Below are positions 28,964 through 39,150 of a DNA stretch of 64,000 nt, piece after piece; position 1 is the first letter of the stretch, and each line of letters opens with the position of its first letter. Source of the DNA: an uncultured delta proteobacterium (GTDB lineage Bacteria; Myxococcota_A; Polyangia; Polyangiales; Houyiibacteriaceae). A program made the position numbers and the translations under genes. The DNA lies in the NCBI GenBank assembly GCA_963699755.1, contig CAVOVB010000001.1:256001-320000 (forward strand). Reading direction: 5' to 3'. A model generated the notes under the pieces. It was not told the DNA's origin. It did not search any database and saw nothing but the letters and a program-made list of their open reading frames with translations.

Positions 28964-30694
28964 CTAGAACCGTCCGGCAAAGCCGAGATAGGCAAAGGTG
29001 CGTCCGACCTCGACGCGGGGTTCGAGCTTCGCCTTGCTCGGTCGAAGGAGGTAGACGAGTGGCATCGTGATCAGAGGCGCTGCCGTGAGGCCGGTGAGGA
29101 GCGCGATGCTGATTTGCTCGCCTCGGTCGAAGCAAGCTCGAACTTGCGCTGAGCTGAGCTGCAGACTGGAACAGCCGACGCCCGGTTCCGTTTCCGCGGT
29201 GACGCCGTACGCGATCGAGAAGGCAGCCAGACCGAGCCCGCCCGCGCCGGACAGCCACCCCCACCATGGGGTCTTGTCTCGCTCTGGTAGCGCGAGCGGC
29301 ATGGCGGTGATCAGAGCTGCCGAGCCGACCGAAGCGCTGACGATGATTCCTGTGCCGAGGTCAAACCACTTCTGTTGAACGAGCCGATCTGGTTGCATCG
29401 CCTCGACTCCAGTGACCCAATCCACTCCCGTGTTGTGGTGCGGGACAACTAGCGCATAGCCGGTCGCAATCCCCGCAATGCCGAGGCCGACCAACGTGAG
29501 ACCCGAAATGAACTGCCCGCGCGGCCTTCGCCCAGCCGGCCAGCTACTTGGGGTGGCTGTTCGGCTCACCTCGTCGCGTCCGCAGGGAAATGCGACGGGC
29601 TTCGTGGAGGTGAAGTCGGTGCATTCGCCCGCGATCAGCGCGCGCGCGGCCGCGCCGAGGTCGGCCTCGCTCGGTCCGCTGCGGCCAACGAAGATCCTGG
29701 CTACCGCGGCAGGCCCAAGGGGTTCATCGGAGGCCACCTCCATTCGCTCGAGTTGCATCGTCTCCGCCGTGGGCATCGATAGCAGGACGACGGTGCCGGC
29801 CGCGACTTCTTTTGCAATTCGTTGCGCATCGCTTGCCCTGTGCTCCAGCTCGTCGGCGATGTTCGTGTAGCGCAAATGAAGGCTTGGGCGGCTCTCGACG
29901 GTATCGTCGAAACGCGAATCGACTTGGCGCTCCGTTCGCCCCGCACCGACGGTGACGAAGTGGACCCTGCCCCGCTTGCTGGGATCACATTCAACCTGAA
30001 CGCGGTACTGACCGGGGAACAACTTACCTATCGACACCGGCGTCTCGCCCAAGAGCACTCCGTTCAAGCGTGCCGCGCAGCCGGTTGGCGAGCTTTCGAG
30101 TCGGAGCGCTCCGGTTTGCCTGTTCTGTAGTGCATCGATCTGGCCCAGAAGATCGGTCACCTCAGGCGGGTGCATGTATGGGCTCGGCTCGGCACGAGGC
30201 ACGAGCTGACGACACTCTCGAGCCAGAGCCCGTGCGCGCGATTTCGATTCGGTCGCCAGCGCCGCGCGAACCACGTAGAGGCAGGTATCGAACACCCGCC
30301 TCGCCTGCTCCGGATCCCTGTTGAGCTCTTCAATCGCCGAGCGTGACAAGTCCTGTGCGGCGCTCAGCTTCTCGAGTGCCCTCTTGTAGTCGCCCTCGGC
30401 CAAGTCATCGACGGAGCCGAGCGACAGCGACAGCCAGCGGTCGCGCTCGCGCTGGTCCAGTAGCGCAGCCGGCGCCGAAACCTCCGCCTCGAACTTCGCC
30501 GCCGCGGTTTCGAACGACCAAACCTCCGCACCATGCTCGACGAGTGCGGCACGAGTGGCCGCAGCGGCAGGGTCCATCCAATCTGCGTCGGCGCTCGAGC
30601 TGCTGGGCACGATGAGCCAGGCGTTATCCGTCTGAGCCGCCGCGCTGCCGACTAGCAGAGTCCAGCAAGCGGCGGTCAGCAAGAACAGGCGCAT
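28964..30694 (-). CDS. Secreted PEGA-domain protein with C-terminal hydrophobic segments
   Basis: Signal peptide MRLFLLTAACWTLLVGSAAA; TPR-like helices; LRLESSPTG..LNG..LGETP...PGQYRV PEGA pattern. Confidence 0.78.
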   Translation of the reverse strand: MRLFLLTAACWTLLVGSAAAQTDNAWLIVPSSSSADADWMDPAAAATRAALVEHGAEVWSFETAAAKFEAEVSAPAALLDQRERDRWLSLSLGSVDDLAEGDYKRALEKLSAAQDLSRSAIEELNRDPEQARRVFDTCLYVVRAALATESKSRARALARECRQLVPRAEPSPYMHPPEVTDLLGQIDALQNRQTGALRLESSPTGCAARLNGVLLGETPVSIGKLFPGQYRVQVECDPSKRGRVHFVTVGAGRTERQVDSRFDDTVESRPSLHLRYTNIADELEHRASDAQRIAKEVAAGTVVLLSMPTAETMQLERMEVASDEPLGPAAVARIFVGRSGPSEADLGAAARALIAGECTDFTSTKPVAFPCGRDEVSRTATPSSWPAGRRPRGQFISGLTLVGLGIAGIATGYALVVPHHNTGVDWVTGVEAMQPDRLVQQKWFDLGTGIIVSASVGSAALITAMPLALPERDKTPWWGWLSGAGGLGLAAFSIAYGVTAETEPGVGCSSLQLSSAQVRACFDRGEQISIALLTGLTAAPLITMPLVYLLRPSKAKLEPRVEVGRTFAYLGFAGRF

Positions 30695-30785
30695 TGCGCC
30701 TACTATCACGGTTGCGAACGGCTGGATCAACAACATCCTGAAGGGGTAGTCGCGACGCCGACAAGCATGTAGTCTCGGATCACTG

Positions 30786-32357
30786 ATGCCCCCATCGAGT
30801 CCGACACAACCCTGGCCGCGCCTGCGCGACGTCGTAGAGGCCTCCGTCACGGGGCTCCATCGCGGGCGCTTCATCGAGGAAACGCTGGAGGCGCTGTGCG
30901 TGCAGCTCGGCGCGGCTTCGGCTTGGAGCACGCTGGAAACCAAGGGGGGAGGGCCCATGCATCGGTCGCGCACGACCAGCTTTCGCGGCGTGGCCCCTGC
31001 CATCTTGGCGATGCATGTGAGCGATGTGCTCGCACAGGTCCAGAGCAAGCTCAAGACCGTCGCGGGCCGCGTTCCCTATGCGCCGGACGGCTCGTTCATC
31101 GCGGTTCCGCTCTGGTCACAGCCCACCTCGTCGAAAGGGCGGAGCCTCGTCGGGTCGCTCTACATGGAGTTCACCGAAGATCAGGGCACGAACGACGACG
31201 TCGTCGGGGTCGTGGAGACCGTCGGTACCCTGCTCGGCGGGCTCATCGCTCAACAGACGGTCATCGAGGACACCAAAGAAGACCTCCGCGCCCAGCGCGC
31301 CACCGAGCCCACCAGCCAGCGTCTCACGCTCGACGAGCTCCTGGAGCCCGAGAGCATGGCTTCCGTTGGCGACGAGCTTCGCTCTGCAATCGGGGGCGAC
31401 GAGTCGATCATGATTCTCGGCGAGTCCGGCACCGGCAAGACCCAACTCGCAACGGCGTTCGCACACGCAAGCAACCAAGAGCCGATCGTCCGCGCCACGC
31501 TCGGCTTGGCCGACGATTTGAATACCATCACCTCGGAGCTCTTTGGCCACGAGCGTGGCTCTTTTTCGGGTGCTGTCTCGAAGCGGAAAGGCCTGGTCGA
31601 GTATGCGAACAACGGGACTCTCATCTTCGACGAAGTGCTCAACCTTACGCACCATGCCCAGCAGCTCCTTCTCGACTTTACACAGTTTGGCTCGTACCGG
31701 CCGCTCGGGTTTCAAGGGCCCGAGCCCAAGACGGCGAAGCTTCGCATCATCTCGGTGACCAACGGCGACATGCAAAAGGCGATGGCGGAGCGCTCGTTCC
31801 GCCAGGACCTGTACTACAGGCTCGCCGCGGTGCCCATCACCCTGCCCCCGCTGCGGGAGCGACGCTGGGACATTCCGAACATCGCTGTTCGGTACCTGCA
31901 CCGAATCGACCCAAAGACGAGCTGGGAGCTCGACGGCAGCGCGATGGAGGCCCTGCTCTTCCCGGGGCTACGCTGGGCCGGCAACATCCGCGAGCTAGAG
32001 GCTTTGCTGAAACGCGCGCGGAATCGGGCACGCGCGAGCGGTTCGGCCGATCCGGTCATCGAAGCGCAACACCTCGACCTCGTCAACGGCCAGGCGCCGG
32101 CCGAGCCCAAGCCGGCGTCCGTTCGGCCGAGCGTGAACCCCGGCCACGACGAGATTCGCAAGCGATGGAAGAGCCTCGACGCTCAGCAGCAGGAGCTCGA
32201 CTCGCTCGAGAGAGCCGTCATCGAAGATGCGCTCGCCGCATGTCACGGGATCGTCGCTAGGACGGCGCGCATGCTCGATGTGCCGCGGACCGGTCTGATC
32301 AGCCGCATGGGCCGGCTCGACATCGACCCATCCCGTTTCAAAGAACGGCGGGACTGA
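30786..32357 (+). CDS. Sigma54-dependent enhancer-binding protein (GAF-like + AAA+ + Fis HTH)
   Basis: GESGTGKT, SELFGHERGSFSGA, IFDEV, FRQDLYYRL, LPPLRER, WAGNIREL, C-terminal TARMLDVPRTGL. Confidence 0.92.
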   Translation: MPPSSPTQPWPRLRDVVEASVTGLHRGRFIEETLEALCVQLGAASAWSTLETKGGGPMHRSRTTSFRGVAPAILAMHVSDVLAQVQSKLKTVAGRVPYAPDGSFIAVPLWSQPTSSKGRSLVGSLYMEFTEDQGTNDDVVGVVETVGTLLGGLIAQQTVIEDTKEDLRAQRATEPTSQRLTLDELLEPESMASVGDELRSAIGGDESIMILGESGTGKTQLATAFAHASNQEPIVRATLGLADDLNTITSELFGHERGSFSGAVSKRKGLVEYANNGTLIFDEVLNLTHHAQQLLLDFTQFGSYRPLGFQGPEPKTAKLRIISVTNGDMQKAMAERSFRQDLYYRLAAVPITLPPLRERRWDIPNIAVRYLHRIDPKTSWELDGSAMEALLFPGLRWAGNIRELEALLKRARNRARASGSADPVIEAQHLDLVNGQAPAEPKPASVRPSVNPGHDEIRKRWKSLDAQQQELDSLERAVIEDALAACHGIVARTARMLDVPRTGLISRMGRLDIDPSRFKERRD

Positions 32358-32568
32358 TGCGTTCGGCTGTGGGGCCGGCCTCCTTCGAGCTCGATGGCTC
32401 GACGGAGCGACGGCGACCGAATGCGAACACGCCGATGACCCAAAGCATCGCGGCGACGGCGACGAGTGCGCCGTAGAGTAAGAAAACCGTCTCGAGTGAC
32501 AGGTCGGTGTTCGCGACTTCCTCGAGCAGGTTCTGGTTGACGGCGCCGATTCGTTGGATGGTGATCAT
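32338..32568 (-). CDS. Small single-TM protein
   Basis: GAGGAG RBS upstream of ATG 32568; TM VFLLYGALVAVAAMLWVIGVFAF followed by RRR. Confidence 0.6.
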   Translation of the reverse strand: MITIQRIGAVNQNLLEEVANTDLSLETVFLLYGALVAVAAMLWVIGVFAFGRRRSVEPSSSKEAGPTAERISPAVL

Positions 32569-32741
32569 GGTATCTCCTCGTGGAGGATCGAAATGCAGAT
32601 TCCGTGCCGCGCCGCTTTTCCCGATCGCTCGGGCTCCCGGAGACGAAAACGACGTGTGCACGTCAGGTTCTGACGTCGCAGGTCGGTCGGATTCGAGGCC
32701 GAAAAGCGCGTAAGGTCAGCGAAATCAGGTGTTTTCTGGCT

Positions 32742-32757
32742 TGGCACGCGCGCTGCA
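32742..32757 (+). promoter_or_regulatory. Putative sigma54 -24/-12 promoter
   Basis: TGGCAC-GCGCG-CTGCA, correct GG-N10-GC spacing, upstream of the 32770 CDS and next to the EBP gene. Confidence 0.65.
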
Positions 32758-32769
32758 CCGAGCCGGGTC

Positions 32770-33303
32770 ATGCACAAGACGAATGCCACCCCGTATCGGA
32801 ACCTGACTCTGGCCCTTCTTGCCCTGGGCACGCTCTGCGGATGCGGCGACAGAGGGATGTTCTCGAGGGGAGAGCTGAGGGGGTTCTCGCAGATGAAGCT
32901 TGGATCGGAGATCGACAGTGCGGACGTCACCGTAGGGCATTGGTCCACGCGATGCGGCGACAATGCCGCCATGCCCTGCCCGGAAGGCATGGCGCCGGAC
33001 GTGGAAGTCTACGTCGAGCCGACGAGCTTAATCTTCGACTTCTCGAACGTTTCAGAGCAAGGGACGTTCGCCGACGTCGACTTCGAGGGTTTCGTCGTCG
33101 AGATCGCCGCGCGCGCCAACCGGCCGATTATGTTCGCGGTGGTCGACACCCGCGCGACCAACGTCGAATTCCACGCGGACGCGGTAACACACGACAGGGG
33201 GCATCTGGACGTGAACCTCGCAGGCGTTTCCTACGATGCAGACAGCTTCATCAAGATCGATTTGTTGCTTGGCCCACTCAATCTGCTCCGCAGGGGCAAG
33301 TAA
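32770..33303 (+). CDS. Hypothetical lipoprotein
   Basis: Hydrophobic stretch + LCGC lipobox; beta-rich soluble domain. Confidence 0.7.
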   Translation: MHKTNATPYRNLTLALLALGTLCGCGDRGMFSRGELRGFSQMKLGSEIDSADVTVGHWSTRCGDNAAMPCPEGMAPDVEVYVEPTSLIFDFSNVSEQGTFADVDFEGFVVEIAARANRPIMFAVVDTRATNVEFHADAVTHDRGHLDVNLAGVSYDADSFIKIDLLLGPLNLLRRGK

Positions 33304-33344
33304 GCGTGGTTTGTCACCCACCCTCGCACCGAGGCGCTTGAATT

Positions 33345-35135
33345 GTGTTGGATTTCACTCGTACGATGGTCCCGGACGTCCTTCTCCCTCCCTTTGGCGT
33401 CCAGATGGAGCTCATGGCGAAACTTGATTTCGATGCGTCTTCGAGTGACTTGCTCGGGACCGAGATTGGACCCTACCGACTGGTCCGGCGCCTCGGAATG
33501 GGCGGCATGGCGGAAACCTTCGTCGCCATTCGCCGAGGGCCGAGCGGTTTTTCGCAGCGTGTTTGTCTCAAGCTGGTGTTGCCCTTCTTCCGCGAAGACG
33601 AGGAGTTCGTGAGCTTGTTCCAACGCGAAGCCAGGCTCGCCGCCAAGCTTCGACACAGCAACATCGTCGGCGTCATCGACTTTGGCGAAATCGCCGGCCG
33701 TTCATACATGGCGCTCGAGCTGGTCGACGGCGTCGACTTGCAGGTCTTGTTGGATGCGGAGAGCGGAAAGCGATTGTCTTCGGAGCTCGTCGCGCTCATC
33801 GGTCATGACTTGGCCTCGGCGCTCGACCATGCGCACAATCCACCGCGAGAAAGCGACTTCGATGGAAGCTACGGCGGCTCGATCGTTCATCGCGACATCT
33901 CGCCATCGAATGTGCTCATCAGTCGCCACGGCGAAATCATGCTGACCGACTTCGGCGTCGCCAAGGCCGTCACCGGGAGCTCGCGCAAGCACAGCGCGGT
34001 CAAAGGGAAAATCCCATACATGTCGCCCGAGCAACTTCGCTTGGAGCCGCTCGACGGACGGGCGGATCTCTTTGGCGTCGGCGTGGTTCTCTTCGAAGCT
34101 TTGTGCGGACAGCGTCCGTACGAGGGCGGCCACGACCCAGCGACGATCATGCTGATCCTCCGAGGGACCCATCAGCCCCTTGCCTCGCTGGCGCCCGGCG
34201 CCCCGCCGGAGCTCTGCAAGCTGATCGACAGCCTCATCGAGCCCGACCGGGACAAGCGCCCGGCAAGTGCGGCGGCCTTGATCGAGTTATTGGATCCATT
34301 CGTGCCATCGCCGCGCGTGCGTCGACAGCTCGGCAAACGAATTGCGGAGCTGAGGCCGGAGGAAGACTCGATCAGCGGATACCCGCCTGCTTTTGGCGAG
34401 CAGGACACCGCACAGCACGCGGAGCTCGACGCGAAGGAACGAGCAAAGCGAACGAGCGGCATCGTGGGGGCGGGCGAAAGCCAAAGGCACATGGAGCCCT
34501 GGGCCGAAGGCGCTGTGCCTGAAGCTACCGTGCCTGAAGAGAAGCCTTCGCGTGCGAGTCGAAAGACGCTGGCAGCGTCGTTGCTCGCCTTCGTCTTGCT
34601 CGTCACGGGCGGCGGCGCTTGGTGGTCTAGTCAAGACGGAGGCGAGTTCGTTCCGCGGGCGACCATCGAAACAGAAGCTGCGCCGCTCGTCACAGCGACG
34701 CCGGAGATCGAAAGCCCCGAGGGAAAACAACCAGTTGGCGACGTCGCGAAGCCCGAAAGCCCTGCGAGTGAAAGGGCAACCGCAGAGAGTCCGAAAATGG
34801 CAAGCCCCGATGGCTTAGTCGACGCGGAAACCTCGAGCGCGGACGCATTGGGTAACGAAGTCGCTGAGAAGGTCGAACGCGGGAAAGCGAAGCCCAGGCG
34901 CGCCGCCCCAGCGGTGGCAGCTCCGCCCGCCGTGCTCACCGTCATCGTCTACCCCTGGGGGGACGTCTGGATCAACGGAAAATCACGCGGTCCCGCACCC
35001 TTGAAGAACGTGTCACTCAAGCCCGGACGCTATCGAATCAGCGCCGGTCAAGGAGCACAAACGGTCACGCAAACCATTCAGCTTCGCTCTGGAGAAGAGA
35101 AGAGGGTGAAGCTGAAGCTCGACGTAGCGAAGTAA
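33345..35135 (+). CDS. Membrane Ser/Thr protein kinase with C-terminal PEGA-like domain
   Basis: LGMGGMA, VCLK, HRDISPSN, DFG, YMSPEQ, DLFGVG; TM; PWGDVWING..GPAP..LKPGRY. Start may be 33366 or 33414. Confidence 0.93.
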   Translation: MLDFTRTMVPDVLLPPFGVQMELMAKLDFDASSSDLLGTEIGPYRLVRRLGMGGMAETFVAIRRGPSGFSQRVCLKLVLPFFREDEEFVSLFQREARLAAKLRHSNIVGVIDFGEIAGRSYMALELVDGVDLQVLLDAESGKRLSSELVALIGHDLASALDHAHNPPRESDFDGSYGGSIVHRDISPSNVLISRHGEIMLTDFGVAKAVTGSSRKHSAVKGKIPYMSPEQLRLEPLDGRADLFGVGVVLFEALCGQRPYEGGHDPATIMLILRGTHQPLASLAPGAPPELCKLIDSLIEPDRDKRPASAAALIELLDPFVPSPRVRRQLGKRIAELRPEEDSISGYPPAFGEQDTAQHAELDAKERAKRTSGIVGAGESQRHMEPWAEGAVPEATVPEEKPSRASRKTLAASLLAFVLLVTGGGAWWSSQDGGEFVPRATIETEAAPLVTATPEIESPEGKQPVGDVAKPESPASERATAESPKMASPDGLVDAETSSADALGNEVAEKVERGKAKPRRAAPAVAAPPAVLTVIVYPWGDVWINGKSRGPAPLKNVSLKPGRYRISAGQGAQTVTQTIQLRSGEEKRVKLKLDVAK

Positions 35136-35302
35136 GCGAGAGGTCGCGTGACGCGGCTGCTCTCTGCCTAAGCAACAGAACCTAAACACAACTGACGAGG
35201 GAGAATTTTTACGTATGGACCGCGAGGCGGCCATCACGTTAGCGTCGACCCTCGCCCGACGATGGAGACTTGCGTCTTCATCGAGTCCGAAAGGAGAACC
35301 TC

Positions 35303-38300
35303 ATGAGTAGTCTGCTTGAACGATCCATCTTCGTATTGCTGACGATCACCATGGCCGCGTGCACTAGTGTTGGCGATGCTCCTGGGGCTGAGGGGAGTGG
35401 GGGAACGAGTGGAACGGGAGGATCGGCGTCCGCCCCGACGGTCACGCTCAGCGCGACGCCCATGGTGGTGGCGAACAGCGGGAAGACCCAACTCAACTGG
35501 AGCTCGACCAATGCAGAGAGTTGCACCGCGAAGAACGGCTGGGAAGACACCAGGCCACCGGAGGGCGGCCCTGAAGATCGATTCGTGTTTCGCGATACTC
35601 GCTACGAGCTTACATGTACGGGTCCAGGCGGGACAGCGTCCGATCAGGTAGACGTTTCAATCAACACGAGTCAGCTGCTCGTCTCCGTCGACATGGATCT
35701 CTACCTGGTCAAAGGAGGCGACATCTTCAACGTCAACGTGACGGTTTCCAATCCGGGCATCCGGACCGTTCAGAATGTTTTCGTCAATCTAGTCATCCCG
35801 CAGTACGTGGTCATTAATCAGGACGCCTTGCCGTCGAATGCCACCTGCAGTGTCGATTGCGGCGAAGGCGACATGCTTGCATGGGAGATTGGCTCAGTTG
35901 CTGCCGGGAAAGTGACTTTCGTCTCCGTTGAGTCCGAAGTCGCTCAGACCGTGCCCGACGGAGAAAACATCCAGTTCGAGGTGACGACGACTGCAGACGA
36001 CGAACCCAATGCAGTCGTCACGGAGAACACCACTGAGGGGGACAGCGACCTCGGTCTCGGGCTCGTCCAAGCGCCGAACCAGCCAGAAGCCGGGGACGTC
36101 GTCGTATACACCCTCAGCTATGACAACTCGGGCGCCGACCCACTCCCCCAGGTCGAGCTAACCCTCACCCTGCCCGCTCTTGTGAATTTTGAGAATGCGA
36201 GCAATGGCGGAACGGTCGACGATGACGGGGTCGTGACCTGGACTTTCACCCAGCTTGCGGCCGGGGAAAGCGGCCAGGTCGAGGCAACCGTAGAAGTGAA
36301 TCCAACCATCCCCCCTGGCGCACAACTGCGGGCCGCAGCTGGGGCCTCGGTCAATGGAACAGCCGTTCGCGCACGAGCGACTACGCTAGGGGCCGTCGGC
36401 GACGAGCCGGTCGAATGCTTGTTCGACGACGAGTGCGCCGAGGACGAGAGTTGTGACGAACAAACCAACCAGTGCATCCCGAACATGATTGCCACGATCG
36501 AGGTGAATCCGAATCCCGTGCGGCAGGACGAGCACGCGCTGGTCAACATCACGGTCACCAATCCGACAGGAGACCCGATCACCGCCGACGTGGTCTTGCT
36601 GCTCCCCGAATACATCAACACGGTCGGGGCAGTCGATCGCTCCGAGGGCGCGATCTGCGGCGCGGGCTGTGGGGCTGGGGGCAGCGTGAGCTGGACGATC
36701 GAAGAGCTCGGCGCCGGTGAGTCCGAAGTCCTCTGGGTCCGGCCCAAGGTGATCTCCACATTTTACGCGAGCGCACCGCCAAACGGGACCGAGCTGACCT
36801 TCACGGTGGATGTCGAGATCGTCGGGGGAATGACGCTTCGGAAGTCTGCAACGGCCGTCGTCAACGGTAGCCGAGCACTGGACTTGCGCGTGGACGAGAG
36901 CGTCAATCCTGTGAAGGCGGGCGACGATCTGCGTTACACGATCCACTATGCGAATCGCAGCCCAGACCCCTTGGACTCGGTCGAGCTCACCTTCCAGGTG
37001 CCGGACCGGACGACCCATTCGAGTGGCGATCGGGCCCTGCTGTTCAACCTCGGCCGACTCGCTGCCGGTGAAGGAGGCGTCCAAGAGGTGACCGTTGCCG
37101 TCGACGGAGCGGCGCCATCCGGCACACAGCTGAGAGCCGTGACCGAGGTCACCGACGCCGGCAGTGATGAGGTGAGCCGTGTCATCTCCCTGACGCCGGT
37201 GGGTGAGGCGGCGCTTATCACGACGGTCGAGGTCAATCCGGATCCCGTCCTTCGTGACGAGCACGCGCTGGTCAACATCACGGTCACCAATCCGACAGGA
37301 GACCCGATCACCGCCGACGTGGTCTTGCTGCTCCCCGAATACATCAACACGGTCGGGGCAGTCGATCGCTCCGAGGGCGCGATCTGCGGCGCGGGCTGTG
37401 GGGCTGGGGGCAGCGTGAGCTGGACGATCGAAGAGCTCGGCGCCGGTGAGTCCGAAGTCCTCTGGGTCCGGCCCAAGGTGATCTCAGCACTCTACACTTC
37501 CTCAACACCGCCTTTCGGAACCTTGCTGCCCTTCGAGGTCGACGTGCGGCCTAGCAACTCGGTGACGCTGCAGGCTGTAGCGAGCGCTCGGGTCGCTGCG
37601 CGCGTCTTGAGCTTGCGCGTGGACGAGAGCGTCAATCCTGTGAAGGCGGGCGACGATCTGCGTTACACGATCCACTATGCGAATCGCAGCCCAGACCCCT
37701 TGGACTCGGTCGAGCTCACCTTCCAGGTGCCGGACCGGACGACCCATTCGAGTGGCGATCGGGCCCTGCTGTTCAACCTCGGCCGACTCGCTGCCGGTGA
37801 AGGAGGCGTCCAAGAGGTGACCGTTGCCGTCGACGGAGCGGCGCCATCCGGCACACAGCTGAGAGCCGTGACCGAGGTCACCGACGCCGGCAGTGATGAG
37901 GTGAGCCGTGTCATCTCCCTGACGCCGGTGGGTGAGGCGGCGCTTATCACGACGGTCGAGGTCAATCCGGATCCCGTCCTTCGTGACGAGCACGCGCTGG
38001 TCAACATCACGGTCACCAATCCGACAGGAGACCCGATCACCGCCGACGTGGTCTTGCTGCTCCCCGAATACATCAACACGGTCGGGGCAGTCGATCGCTC
38101 CGAGGGCGCGATCTGCGGCGCGGGCTGTGGGGCTGGGGGCAGCGTGAGCTGGACGATCGAAGAGCTCGGCGCCGGTGAGTCCGAAGTCCTCTGGGTCCGG
38201 CCCAAGGTGATCTCAGCACTCTACACTTCCTCAACACCGCCTTTCGGAACCTTGCTGCCCTTCGAGGTCGACGTGCGGCCTAGCAACTCGGTGACGCTGC

Positions 38301-39064
38301 AGGCTGTAGCGAGCGCTCGGGTCGCTGCGCGCGTCTTGAGCTTGCGCGTGGACGAGAGCGTCAATCCTGTGAAGGCGGGCGACGATCTGCGTTACACGAT
38401 CCACTATGCGAATCGCAGCCCAGACCCCTTGGACTCGGTCGAGCTCACCTTCCAGGTGCCGGACCGGACGACCCATTCGAGTGGCGATCGGGCCCTGCTG
38501 TTCAACCTCGGCCGACTCGCTGCCGGTGAAGGAGGCGTCCAAGAGGTGACCGTTGCCGTCGACGGAGCGGCGCCATCCGGCACACAGCTGAGAGCCGTGA
38601 CCGAGGTCACCGACGCCGGCAGTGATGAGGTGAGCCGTGTCATCTCCCTGACGCCGGTGGGTGAGGCGGCGCTTATCACGACGGTCGAGGTCAATCCGGA
38701 TCCCGTCCTTCGTGACGAGCACGCGCTGGTCAACATCACGGTCACCAATCCGACAGGAGACCCGATCACCGCCGACGTGGTCTTGCTGCTCCCCGAATAC
38801 ATCAACACGGTCGGGGCAGTCGATCGCTCCGAGGGCGCGATCTGCGGCGCGGGCTGTGGGGCTGGGGGCAGCGTGAGCTGGACGATCGAAGAGCTCGGCG
38901 CCGGTGAGTCCGAAGTCCTCTGGGTCCGGCCCAAGGTGATCTCAGCACTCTACACTTCCTCAACACCGCCTTTCGGAACCTTGCTGCCCTTCGAGGTCGA
39001 CGTGCGGCCAACGAACTCGGTGACGCAGTTGGCTGCGGACACGGCGCGCGTGCACCAGCCTTGA
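35303..39064 (+). CDS. Large surface lipoprotein with tandem DUF11-like Ig domains
   Basis: AAGGAG RBS, lipobox MAAC; repeated PVKAGDDLRYTIHYAN, NITVTN, W.I..L.AGE motifs. Confidence 0.85.
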   Translation: MSSLLERSIFVLLTITMAACTSVGDAPGAEGSGGTSGTGGSASAPTVTLSATPMVVANSGKTQLNWSSTNAESCTAKNGWEDTRPPEGGPEDRFVFRDTRYELTCTGPGGTASDQVDVSINTSQLLVSVDMDLYLVKGGDIFNVNVTVSNPGIRTVQNVFVNLVIPQYVVINQDALPSNATCSVDCGEGDMLAWEIGSVAAGKVTFVSVESEVAQTVPDGENIQFEVTTTADDEPNAVVTENTTEGDSDLGLGLVQAPNQPEAGDVVVYTLSYDNSGADPLPQVELTLTLPALVNFENASNGGTVDDDGVVTWTFTQLAAGESGQVEATVEVNPTIPPGAQLRAAAGASVNGTAVRARATTLGAVGDEPVECLFDDECAEDESCDEQTNQCIPNMIATIEVNPNPVRQDEHALVNITVTNPTGDPITADVVLLLPEYINTVGAVDRSEGAICGAGCGAGGSVSWTIEELGAGESEVLWVRPKVISTFYASAPPNGTELTFTVDVEIVGGMTLRKSATAVVNGSRALDLRVDESVNPVKAGDDLRYTIHYANRSPDPLDSVELTFQVPDRTTHSSGDRALLFNLGRLAAGEGGVQEVTVAVDGAAPSGTQLRAVTEVTDAGSDEVSRVISLTPVGEAALITTVEVNPDPVLRDEHALVNITVTNPTGDPITADVVLLLPEYINTVGAVDRSEGAICGAGCGAGGSVSWTIEELGAGESEVLWVRPKVISALYTSSTPPFGTLLPFEVDVRPSNSVTLQAVASARVAARVLSLRVDESVNPVKAGDDLRYTIHYANRSPDPLDSVELTFQVPDRTTHSSGDRALLFNLGRLAAGEGGVQEVTVAVDGAAPSGTQLRAVTEVTDAGSDEVSRVISLTPVGEAALITTVEVNPDPVLRDEHALVNITVTNPTGDPITADVVLLLPEYINTVGAVDRSEGAICGAGCGAGGSVSWTIEELGAGESEVLWVRPKVISALYTSSTPPFGTLLPFEVDVRPSNSVTLQAVASARVAARVLSLRVDESVNPVKAGDDLRYTIHYANRSPDPLDSVELTFQVPDRTTHSSGDRALLFNLGRLAAGEGGVQEVTVAVDGAAPSGTQLRAVTEVTDAGSDEVSRVISLTPVGEAALITTVEVNPDPVLRDEHALVNITVTNPTGDPITADVVLLLPEYINTVGAVDRSEGAICGAGCGAGGSVSWTIEELGAGESEVLWVRPKVISALYTSSTPPFGTLLPFEVDVRPTNSVTQLAADTARVHQP
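36883..39009. repeat. 729-bp coding tandem repeat, about 2.9 copies with no differences detected, plus a partial copy at 36527-36756
   Basis: cttgcgcgtggacgagagc recurs at 36883, 37612 and 38341; identical shadow ORFs recur with 729-bp period in the ORF track. Confidence 0.95.
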
Positions 39065-39150
39065 CCGACAGCAGACCGCAGGTGGTGTTCATCTGAAGAC
39101 GGACCGAGGAGCCCCGTTGCCAGGAAAGGGGCCGGGCTTCGCACTCCGTG

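Noticed and set aside
36883..39009. Repeat array as CRISPR or mobile element
   Set aside because: The period is 729 bp, in frame within a CDS, with no spacers and no cas genes.
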